A stretch of 63,797 nt of DNA, counting the filler, from Octopus bimaculoides (Eukaryota), in NCBI RefSeq assembly GCF_001194135.2. It is 3 parts of 3 records of this genome, joined end to end, with 100 filler letters (N's around TTAATTAATTAA, not from the genome) between each part and the next. Parts side by side here need not be neighbours in the genome. Positions count along the whole stretch, not along the records: positions 1 to 31,601 come from NC_068997.1; 2 more parts are not named here. One strand, given 5' to 3'. Below, piece by piece: positions 13,201 to 25,762 of this stretch. Below the pieces are notes generated by a model. It saw only the letters and a list, made by a program, of their open reading frames with translations, did no database searches and had not been told where the DNA came from. Position 1 is the stretch's first letter. Each line of letters opens with the position of its first letter. Both the position numbers and the translations under genes were made by a program.

Positions 13201-13390
13201 ATGGCTGGACGCCTTTCTTGTCACCAACCCTCGCCTGTTTCCTAGAAAGGTGATATTCCCCATGGCCAGACAATGGCCAGACATATTTTTGTTGCAGAAA
13301 ATTGGAAATGAATGACACCCCTTGTATGACATTGACACTTACTTATGACTACCACTCCATGTGAAGACAAAGCGAAACACACACTCACAT

Positions 13391-13425
<35 letters not shown>

Positions 13426-14552
13426 CACATGCGTGCATGCACACACACACATACATGCATGCACATGCACACATTTGTAAGTTAATACATGCAGGAAAGA
13501 TCTGGGCAATGAATTCCAGAGGGCCAATTTCCTTAGGGTAGGGTGATTACTTGGTTTTTATGGCTGGATGCCCTTCCTAATGCTGGCCACCTTGCAGAGT
13601 GGATTGGGTGCTTTTTACATGGCACCAAACAAAGACACATGCACATCATCATCATCATCATCATCAGTAACAGTAACATCACTACAAGTTTTTATGTTTG
13701 TACTTCTACATTGATACAGGCTGGGCTATTCTGCAGTCTGCCATCTTTAGAATGACATCTTCAGATGGTTTCCATGATTTGCCCCACCTGTGGCTATTTT
13801 CCTCTGATAACTTACATCAGACATTTTTATCAAACACTCCAAACCAACAGCACCCCCCCCCCCCCACTACTGACATCATCATTATAAACCTAAGCTTCAT
13901 CACAGTCCTCACCATCATCAGTGTCCTTGTAATCCTCCTCTTCCTCCTCCTCATCACCACCACCATCACCATCCGTTTTTATTATCACCCTCTTCCATCT
14001 TCTCTCCTCCATACCATTGTCATCGATTCAGCACTTTATCATTATGTTCCAAACCAGCATTATCACTTTTTGTCATTTTGCCAAATACCTAAATCTAACC
14101 TTGCCATCTCCTGCCTGTTTTCTTTGGTTCCTTTCTTTCAAAGTAACTCCCAGCGGTCAGTACGTATTTTTCTCAGCCAGCACTCATAGTCCGTTTGCTC
14201 TGCACCACATGTCTCACACCCACGCAGTCATCTTTCCTGAATGTATCAGCTGTTGTTGTTAACTCTTAGCTACTCTCACTCTCTTCCCATTAACACTGCT
14301 TAATATCACAATCATGATCTTTTTTATCATGCAGGATATTTGACATTGTGGAAGCCTATGAGAGACGGATAAAGTTGTTGGAGAAGGATCTAGAATACTA
14401 TCAGTAAGTTTTATTATTTGCATTTGTTTATTTGAAAACATGGCATGTTTCTTCGGGTTATGAATACATTAATTTCAAGCAATATTAGAAACTTCAAGAG
14501 AACATGAAATAATTCATTTTAAACTGTAGAACTCTAAGTAGATAAAGCTATA

Positions 14553-14583
<31 letters not shown>

Positions 14584-15121
14584 NNNNNNNNNNNNNNNNN
14601 NNNNNNNNNNNNNNNNNNNNNNNNNNNNNNNNNNNNNNNNNNNNNNNNNNNTATATTGCTGTCATGGCTGATGCTGGTGTTTTGTAACTGGCACCCGTGC
14701 CAGTGGCATGTAAAAAGCACCCACTACACTCTTGGAGTGGTTAGCATTAGGAAAGATATCCAGCTGTAGAAACCAAGATAGAAAAATAAAAATATATATA
14801 TAAAAAAATATTTAAAAAAATATAAATAAAAATAAAAAAGAAATAAGTGGAAACTTTACCGGTGAGTGTGTTGAATTATAAGGCACCAAAAGAGAATGAC
14901 TCTCCCTAGACACAACAGAATATGCTTCAACACACGAACTCACATAAAGAATCTTGCAAACCAAATCCAAAAGCGAAATAGATTATTTCATTGTTGTTAT
15001 CTTTACAGGAAGAAGCACCAAAGTATTGAAGAAGAGGAAGGATTTCTGAGCCATAAGTCTGTTCTGCACAGGGTAAGTATTCTGTATTGTTTGTGTTCAT
15101 TGATAACTGTCTTGTGAGCCT

Positions 15122-15157
<36 letters not shown>

Positions 15158-17466
15158 ACCACTACCACCATTATTTAATGCCTGTTTTCCATGTTGGCAT
15201 GGGTTGGACCAGGGACCTCACCAGGCTCCAGTCTGATGTGTCTTGGTTTTTATGGCTGGATGCCTTTCTTAATCCTTTAGACACCAACCCACCTGAAACT
15301 GCCCTTGGTCCTATGATACAAATTTCCTATTTTAAAGTAACCTAGTTTAAAATTTCCATGAAAACTTCATGTTAATTTATGTTCCAAATCCCAGCTGAAT
15401 AATGTCAGAGATATTTTAAAATATTTTTTATTATTTTCAAAATAAATTGAAAAAAAAAGGCTGTGTATTTCATCAGAAATATGGTAATGGAAGGGTTAAT
15501 GCCAGCCACTGTACAGTGTGTGTTGGGTGCTTTTAACATGGCACCAGCATGAGTGCTTTTATGTGGCACAACTTTCACATGGCACCAGCATGAGTGCTTT
15601 TATGTGGCACAACTTTCACATGGCACCTGCCCAGGACTCTTGCAGGCCAATCCTCTTCACCAGGAGATGTGGCCCTAACACTTCTTCTGTCAAGAGCAGG
15701 TCTTCTTGAGTACAACAAAGCACCAAATATCTTATTCCTTTGTCATCTTGTTTGAAAGGTTTAGTGTCCTGAGATCATCCTTCAGTATTTTTCCCCATGT
15801 CTTCCTGGGTTTCCCTCTTCCATGAGTTCCATTCACTTTGAGAGATTGACATTTCTTTATAGAATTGTTGGCATCCATCTGCATCACATGACCAGACTAG
15901 TGCATTCTTCTCTCTTGCACACTGCATCTAATTCCTCTTATGCCCAACTTCTCTCTCAATACACTAGCACTCTGTCACACAAGCACACTTACTTTACACA
16001 TCCAGTGGAGCATACTAACTTCATTCCTCTCTAGCCTTCACATGTCCTCTTGCATTCAGGGCCCATGTTTCACCACCATGTAGAATTGCTGTTCATATAC
16101 ATGCATCATACTACCTTCCTTTCACTTGGAGAGAGAAACCTTTCATAGCCTACAAAAGTAAAACCTCTCTGAATTTTCTTCATCTTATTCTTATTCTAGC
16201 CATCACCCTCTCCATATGTCCTTCCCCACTACTAATTTGGTCTCCTAGGTAACAGCTAAAGAAGTACTAAGCCCATAAGAGTGGAAGGAACTTGCAGTTT
16301 TCTGAAAAAAAAAAATGGACACACTGGAAAATGTCTAAGTTTTGCTCAATCACAGCTGTGCAGAGACTAAACAACTAATCTGACATGAAGTTCCTAATGC
16401 GTTTGTATGGAAAACAGATGTTAAACGATGATGATGATGATATGTCTATGTACATATTCAGTATTCAACTCAGGAAGACCCAGTGATATTTGGGCAGAAG
16501 TGGTGAAAGCTTTACCCAGGGTGCAGAATCTCAGGAAGATAATGAATGACCTTAACTAGTTGCCATATGCAAATATGGAAAAAAATAGACATAAAAATAG
16601 CAATGGTGGAGTTGCCTTATTTATAAGATATTTTAATGCTTCCTCTTTTGATAAATAGATACTTTTAGCATAACCTTTAGATGTTTCTTTTTTCTTCTAC
16701 CAACCTTACTGGAATTTATTTACTTTCAGAATCAGGAGAAGACCCTGAAAGACTATGTCAAGAAAGTCAACCTGCTGGAAGCAAAACTGAAAATGTTAGA
16801 GTTGGAAAAACAGTCAAGGTAGCCATCATAACATTCATTAATTTCACAACTCTTGTAGCTTCTGATCTGTATTTTGGTGTCCCTACCAGCAATTAATATA
16901 TACCCGTCAGAGTGTAAGTATCTTGAGAGAAAAGCTGAACATAAGAAGCATCAGTAGTGGTGTGCAAGAGAGACGATTGCGCTGGTTTGGACATGTGGTG
17001 AGAATGAATGAGGATAGCTGCGTGAAAAAGTGCCACTCCCTAACAGTTGAGGGAACCCGTGGAAGAGGTAGGCCCAGGAAGACCTGGGCTGAGGTGATGA
17101 GGCAAGACCTTCAAACATTGGGCCTCACCGAGGTGATGACTACTGACCGAGACCTTTGGAAATGTGCTGTGCGTNNNNNNNNNNCACCTGACTGGCCTTG
17201 TTGGGTTTTCGAGCGAGATCGTTGCCAGTGCCCCTGGACTGGCTCTTGTGCGGGTGGCACATAAAAGTCACCATTTCGAGCGTGGCCGTTTTCGTGCGGG
17301 TGACACGTAAAAGCACCCACTACACTCTCTGAGTGGTTGGCGTTAGGAAGGGCATCCAGCTATAGACACTCTGCCAAATTAGATTGGAGCCTGGTGTAGC
17401 CATCCGGTTGCACCAGTCCTCAGTCAAATCGTCCAACCCATGCTAGCATGGAAAGCGGACGTTAAC

Positions 17467-17502
<36 letters not shown>

Positions 17503-20500
17503 ACCAGTTGCCAGGTATGTGTTTATTACGTGAAATTGATATATCCAATTGGGTTACACTTATTTAAGTTACAGCTATTCAAGCAATGTGTTCTTCGATT
17601 TTGTGATGAAGAAGGAGTAAGAAGCCCTGAAATTATGCAAATACACCCATTACTTATTTTCCCATCTTTGATCATATTGTTTACGTAGACGTATTTGTAC
17701 ATGACATGTAACGTTCAGTGCTGGCTCTGGTTTTTATAGAAAAAGTTTTATTTATTTATTCTATTTCATTTTTTTAATTCCCTCTTAAATTCTCGGCTTC
17801 ATGTATATCTGTGTCTATACTTTCAGAGTGAGTACCAAGGACTCGAGGACGTCACCTAATGCATCTTGTCATAAATTTGTTGATAATGAGAGTTGTAAGG
17901 AGACACAACAATCACACAATGACAGGTTAAATTTACAGGTAAGTTAATTAGAAATCTCTCAGTGTGGCTGTGTGGTAAGAAATTTACCTCCCAACCACAT
18001 GTTTCTAGGTTCGGTCCCATTGCATGGCCCCTTGGGCAAGTCTATTCTACTATAGCCCTGGGCTGACAAAAGCCTTGTGAGTGGATTTGGTAGACGGAAA
18101 TTGAAAGAAGTCCATCGTGTGTGTGCTTGTGTCCATATATGTGTGTGTGTCATTGTGTTTGTCCCCCCTCCCATCACTGTTTGACAACCAGTGTTGGTTT
18201 GTTTACATCCTTGTCACTTAGTAGTGTGGCGAAAAGAGACCAATAAAATAAATACCAGGCTTAGAGAAAAAATAAGTGCTGTTGATTTGTTTGACTAAAC
18301 TCTTCAATGCAGTGCCCCAGCATGGTCGCAGCACAGTAACTGAAACAAATAAAAGATAAACAATATATTTTGTTTGTTTTCATCTTTTTTCTTTACTTTG
18401 AATTTGTAGAGAGTTTATTTATTTGAACTTTAGAAGCTGGCACAAAATGTATATTGGTGTCGATGGTGGTATGAAGGTAGCTTTGAAGGTGTTGGTGGTT
18501 GTGATAGGAAGTGTTGATGGTAATAAGTGGTAGTGTTGGTGATAGTAATAGTGGTGACAATAATAATAGTGACGGTGTTGATGGTGGAGTTGTTGGTTGT
18601 GGTGTCGATAATAGTATGATGCTGATCACGTCATTGTTGGCGGCGGGGATGGTGGTGTAAGATGAAGGGGATGTGATTGTCTTAGGAAGATGACGATGAC
18701 GATGGTGATGGTAATGATGATTGATGCTGCTGGTGGCAGTGGTGGTGGTGGTGGTGGTGGTTGTTTGATGATCTGAATACTGTGACCGACCTCATGAAGT
18801 TGGACTAGATCAACCCTGATCTATCTGACATGAAATGACTTTCATTTCATTCTTATAACTATCATCTGCAAATAGTTGAGTGCCCTGTAACTAGAAAAGC
18901 CAAACAACAAAAGGCATAGATGTTAAAAGGAACTCTTTTACTTGTTTCAGTCATTTGACTGCGGCCATGCTGGAGCACCACCTTTAGTCGAACAGATCGA
19001 CCCCAGGACTTATTCTTTGGAAGCCTAGTACTTATTCTATCGGTCTCTTTTGCCGAACCGCTAAGTTACGGGGACATAAATACACCACCATTGGTTGTCA
19101 AGTGACGTTGGGGGGACAAACACAAACACACAAACACACACACACATACATACATACATACATATATTATATACAACGGGCTTCTTTTAATTTCCGTCTA
19201 CCAAATCCACTCACAAGGCTTTTGTCGGCCCAAGGCTATAGTAGGAGACACCTGCCCAAAGTGCCACAAAGTGGGAACGAACCCGGAACCATGTGGTTGG
19301 TAAGCAAGCTACTTACCACACAGCCATGTGTTTCATTCTTTAAAGGTCAATAAAAATAGGTACTGGTTTTACCCTTTAGCATTTAATCTGGCCCAAATAT
19401 TCTGCCTCTATTATCTTCAAATTGGTCAGATCTGGCCTCTCACTCCTAATCTACAATATTAATCTAGAAATAAACAATCACAGCATTGAAATCTTGTAGC
19501 TATGAGGTAATAAATGATTAATTCAAAACAATGTGAATAAATAATAATTACATTTGACAGAGTGATCTGAATGATAACCAACTGACTGGGACTCAGTCGG
19601 TTATGACTACGAGGGTTTCCAGTTGATTCCAATTGACGGAACAACCTGCTCATGAAATTACCATGCAAGTGGTTGAGCACTGGACAGACATGCGTATCTG
19701 TAGCATAGCTCTCGGGGAGATTCGGAGTGAGATGAATGTGATAACGCTGGCCCTTTGAAATACAAATACTGCTCATTTTTGCTAGCTGTGCAGACTGGAG
19801 CAATGAGAAGTAAAATGTGTTGTTCAAGAACACAACAATATACGTAGTGGTTAAGAGCGCAGGCTACTAACCCCAAGATTCCAAGTTCGATTCCAAGCAG
19901 TTACCTGAAAAATAATAATAATAATAATGATAATAACATCGAAAAATACCTTAGGAATGAGAACCCAGGTTCAAAATTTCCCCAAGATACCTGAAGAAGG
20001 CTGGAGGGTATATCAGCCGAAACATTGTGTTAACAACAAACAAGATGAGGACAAATATCCGTTGAATGTAAATAATGTAAACAACAATATACTGCTAGGA
20101 ATCGAACCCATGACCTTTCCATCATGAGCTGCATGCCTTCACTTATCTGAATGATAAAGGGTTAATTTACAATACCCCACNNNNNNNNNNNNNNNNNNNN
20201 NNNNNNNNNNNNNNNNNNNNNNNNNNNNNNNNNNNNNNNNNNNNNNNNNNNNNNNNNNNNNNNNNNNNNNNNNNNNNNNNNNNNNNNNNNNNNNNNNNNN
20301 NNNNNNNNNNNNNNNNNNNNNNNNNNNNNNNNNNNNNNNNNNNNNNNNNNNNNNNNNNNNNNNNNNNNNNNNNNNNNNNNNNNNNNNNNNNNNNNNNNNN
20401 NNNNNNNNNNNNNNNNNNNNNNNNNNNNNNNNNNNNNNNNNNNNNNNNNNNNNNNNNNNNNNNNNNNNNNNNNNNNNNNNNNNNNNNNNNNNNNNNNNNN

Positions 20501-23500
20501 NNNNNNNNNNNNNNNNNNNNNNNNNNNNNNNNNNNNNNNNNNNNNNNNNNNNNNNNNNNNNNNNNNNNNNNNNNNNNNNNNNNNNNNNNNNNNNNNNNNN
20601 NNNNNNNNNNNNNNNNNNNNNNNNNNNNNNNNNNNNNNNNNNNNNNNNNNNNNNNNNNNNNNNNNNNNNNNNNNNNNNNNNNNNNNNNNNNNNNNNNNNN
20701 NNNNNNNNNNNNNNNNNNNNNNNNNNNNNNNNGTGGCACGTAAAAAAGCACCAACCGATCGTGGCCGTTGCCAGCTTCCTCTGGCCCCTGTGCTGGTAGC
20801 ACATAAAAGTGCCCACTACACTCATGGAATGCTTGGCATTAGGAAGGGCATCCAGCTGCCAGATCAGACTGGAGCCCGGTGCAGCCGCCTGGCTTCCCAG
20901 ACCCCGGTCGAACTGTCCAACCCATGCTAGCATGGAAAAACGGACGTTAAACGATGATGATGCTTGCATATGCATGCATGAATACACATGCTTGCCTACA
21001 GTTTGGAGGCAAACTGCAAGGAAGGTGTTTTTCAACATTGCTATATTATTTTTCACTCGTTAGATTAGGTTGGATGGATTTACAAATCCTTAATTATATC
21101 TTCATGTAAAATGTTATTTAAAATATATATATATATATATTTACTTTAGATTGTGAATTGTTAGTATTCTAGTTTTTTTGTTTTTACATAACCTAAGTGG
21201 CCTCATATAAAAGATTATTGTTATTGTTGGGTAAAACACTTCTGGTAAATTGAATCTACAATATGATTTCAAACACCAATTGTAGCTATTTCTCCTTCAC
21301 ATAGGGCCTTAACACATAAAGCACGACGGGCCACAATTGTGGCTGTCAGGCACAGGTCGACAGGCTACAATCGTGGCCCAGATAGATGCATTTAATTTAT
21401 GGGCGTTTGTTGGGGTCTAACCTTGCTCAAACGCTCCAATACCCACCAGAATGCAAGAGGACTAATAGTTCAACTAATGATTTTTCAGTTGGAAGCTTTG
21501 ATAAAGCAAGTATGAGTCCTGGCATCTTATAACAGAAACAGCTGTAAGCTAATGAAGTTCATAAGATAATCCTTTATTCTTTTGTCATCTCATTTTCTCG
21601 TGTGTGTGTGTGTGTGTACCTTTGACTTGATATCGTGTGATGGTTGTAAATGAGCATCAGTGTCGTACAAGTGTTGCTGTTCATTTCCAGTCTTTAATGA
21701 AAAACATGCCTGGCCATGTGGAAATATGAACTTGCTTGGAGACAGGTGAGGGTTAGTGAGAGGAAGAGCATCCAGCAGTAGAAAATATGCTTCAGCAAAT
21801 TTCATCTGACCCATGCAAGCATGGTAAAGTGGACATTAAATGATGATGATGAACTGTTATATACATTCTTGTTTCTATTTTGTGGTAGTTTTGCATGCTA
21901 AGAAAAGGCTCAGTAGTGCTATCAGATATCAACATAGACTGCAGTTCTTCTGTATGGAATTGTGCCAATAAGGTATTAACATTTTTTTTTCTTTTTTACA
22001 GTATTGCTCTAAACTCTGCAGCTTGGTTCAACAGACACAAAATGGGAACACTGAAGAACAACATGATATGACTTCACGGCCTGTTCTTTCCGATGACACT
22101 CTAAAATATGTTCTTGAAATGTTGGCCTTAGCCAACGATGACTTTCAGAATCGTCAGGTAATAATCATCTCTTATGTACAAAAATGCCTGTTATATTATA
22201 TGAGAAACAAAATGTCAGTGAGCCAGTAAGGTGGTGAGCTGGCAGAATCATTAGTACGTCAGATAAAATGTTTAGTTTCTGTCTTTACATTCGGAGTTCA
22301 AATTCCACTGAGGTTGAATTTGCCTTTTATCATTTCAGGGTTGATGAAATAAGTACCAGTTGAGCTCTGGGGTTGATGCAATCTTGATTATCTGCTTCCC
22401 CCACAAATTTCAGGCTTTAGTAGAAAGAATTATGTAAGAAACAAATTATATAAGAAGCACAACGGCAATGTGCTGGTAAGGTGGTGAGTTGGCAGAATTA
22501 TTAGCAGACTGGACGAAATGCATTGCATATGTCTGAACATTCTGAGTTCAGATTTTGCTGAGATCAACTTTACCTTTTATCCTTGATGAAATAATTATCA
22601 TTTCAGCACTGGGGTTAGTGTAATCTCAACTGTACTCCACTCACAAAATTTGGGGTCTTGTGTCTATAGTAGAAAGCATCCTTTGATATTCTCCTCCATG
22701 TCTTGGGCCCTTGTATTCAATAAAAGAAATCATTATATTATTATATAAGAAATTACTTCCAAAAAACGTTATCATTTTTTTTTTAAATGGGGGCGATTTG
22801 CTCGACTAAAGGCGGTGCTACAGCATGGCCACAGTCAAATGACTGAAACAAGTAAAAGAGAGAGTATTGCATGAAAAATTTGTATTTTATGCAAAATTGT
22901 TATGTCAGAAATCATTACAAAAGACATTATTATTTTGAAAAAAAATTATTATCATTTAAGGAATTAGTAGTTTATACAAAATTATTAATATTATGTAAGA
23001 AATTATTATTCTGTACAAAATTACTGTTATGGGTGCAGATAAAGACAACCAAACATATTTATTTACCAAAAAGTTATCAAAGAAGGCGATGTTAGCAATA
23101 AGATAGTTATATCACACCCAGTACGCACACATCTGGATCTCACAAACTAAGCAGCAAAAAAGGTTGGTGAAATTTGTGAAACTGGTGTTTAGCTTTTAAG
23201 ATATCATCAATATTTGCTTTGGAATTGCTGCATTTAACCAAGAGAATTGCTTTGAAATGTTCATCAAGTCAGCCTCGTTCGATGTGCTGACCTCACATCT
23301 TTTATTTATAAAAATGCTTGCTCACAGACATAAGTTGTTCCAAACACTGATGCCATACCAGAGGATTGCAGGTACTTACACAAAAGGTACAATGTGGTGG
23401 TGGGCCGGATGAACTGACCTTGCAGGCCATTGTTTGGTGACCCTAGCTATAAACAAACCATCTGTGTGGTTGTTCAGCAAGAAATTGCAAAACCCTTATA

Positions 23501-25686
23501 CATTGTGTAACGATGGGAGAGTTCATAATATATATATATATATGTGTGTGTGTGTGTTTCTGTTTGTCTCCCACCTCTTCCCTGTAACTTAGCGTTTCAG
23601 CAAAAGAGGTTGACAGAATAAGTTCTGGACTTTAAAAGAAAGTACTGGGGTTGACTTGTTCTGCTAAACCCCTTAAGGTTGTGCTCCAGCATGGCCACAG
23701 TCCTAAGACTGAAACAAGTAAATGATAAAAGATGTAAGAAATTATTATTTTGTACAAAATTATTTTTATGTAAGACGTTATTTTACTCTGATTCTTATTT
23801 GATACAAAACGGGTGATGATGGGATCTATGGTTTAACTTCTACTCTTGTTGAGCCTCAAATTATTTCTAATCCAGTGGATCAAGGATCAAAGATATTCCT
23901 GTGTAATCACCTTGTTTTAGTCTTTCAGAAATAATCAACCTTGGATTAGACTGTTGATCAAATCTTTGATCCATAAGCCTTTCAACCATGACTATCCTAT
24001 CTTTTTACGTGTGTGTAAGACTACATTATCTAATGTGTCGTTTCTTTGTTTCAATATTATATGCTTTGAAGAAGACTTTGCTGCTCTTTTTAGCAAGTCA
24101 AACAACCACATAGTGACTCTTTTGTTTCATTTCTTCCAAAAATGGGTTTCTGTTGCTGTTTGTTTTTAATCTCCATTTTCCGAAATCTTTACATCATTTT
24201 TCAGGATCTAGTTACCTGTTTCAATGAAATACTTACCTCCATTGTGCCTTGGACCAACATACAGCTTCATCCTTCCGACTCTTTTCAAGAAATGGTCACA
24301 AAGTTACAAATGGTCAATCAGTCATGTAATCACATTATTACCAAGGTTGGTGAATAAAACCCTTTTTTTTCGTAATCAAAAATCCTTCATTTTGCCCATC
24401 AAGTTAACATCTTTTTTCCCTTCGTTTCCACTGATTGGATGTATGTCCTTATAGCAGTAGATCTATAAAAGGTTATGATTACTGTCTGTCCTCCTAAGGC
24501 TAAGGATTAAATATAAATCCAATTTGACAGATAAAACCTTTTATTTTTTCAAGGAAACAGGGGAATTAGACTCTCACAAATACCCAGGAGGCTTCCTTGA
24601 AGTTGGAGGTAATTTGTGTGGCCCTTTTCTCTCTACAGCCAATACCACTTTGTCATCTCTCTTTGCTGTCTTCCCTCTGCCAACTGTACCAATGCTATCC
24701 TATTGGTCCCCTACATACTCATGTTTCCTCACTCACTGCAATTCCTCCTGCACCTTCATGAACCCCCTACTCATGCACCCAGAGCAACCCCCTATTATTC
24801 CATCTATATTCACACACTTGTACTTTGAGTGTATTCTCTGGCACATTGCCCCTGTTTCCCTCACTCCCCCTCTGACTGGGGGTAACCATGTATCTTCTCT
24901 ACTTCAAGACACCTGTTTCTGTCCCTTTATCGTAGATTAATCTCTCATCACCTGGCATAGAGATGCCTACTTCTGTATCACTCCCTCTTTCAGTTGAGGG
25001 CCCTTTGCCTTGCATGTTATGTGGTGACCTCAGTAGTGCTGGCGCTACATAAAAAGCATCCTACCACTTTGTAAAGTGGTTGACATTAGGAAGGGCACTC
25101 ACCTGTAAAAACCATGCCAATGCAGACAGAAGAGCTTGCCACAGTCCCCAGGATTACCAACTCCTGTCTAACCATCCAACAGATGCCAGCATAGAAGACA
25201 GACATAAGATTTTGTTGCTAAAATTTATGTGCAATAAACTGGTTGTACTCTTACAGTAAGACAAAGTATTTTAACAACTTTTAATACAATTCCTTGCTTT
25301 CTAAGCACATGGTTCTAGGTTCAGTCCCGCTGTGTGGCATCTTGGTCAAGTGTCTATTACTATAGTCTCAGGTTGACCAAAGCGAGTGGATTTGGTAGAC
25401 AGAAACTGAAAGAAGCCCATCATATATATATATGTGTGTGTGTATGTGCATATATATATATATATATATATACTCTTTACTCTTTTACAAACACAGACAC
25501 TCAAACATATATATATACATATACATATATACGACGGGCTTCTTTCAGTTTCCATCTGCTAAATCCACTCACAAGGCTTTGGTTAGCCCAAGGCTATAGT
25601 AGAAGACACTTACCCAAGGTGTCACGCAGTGGGACTGAACCCGGAACCATGTGGTTGGTAAGCAAGCTACTTACCACACAGCCACT

Positions 25687-25762
<76 letters not shown>

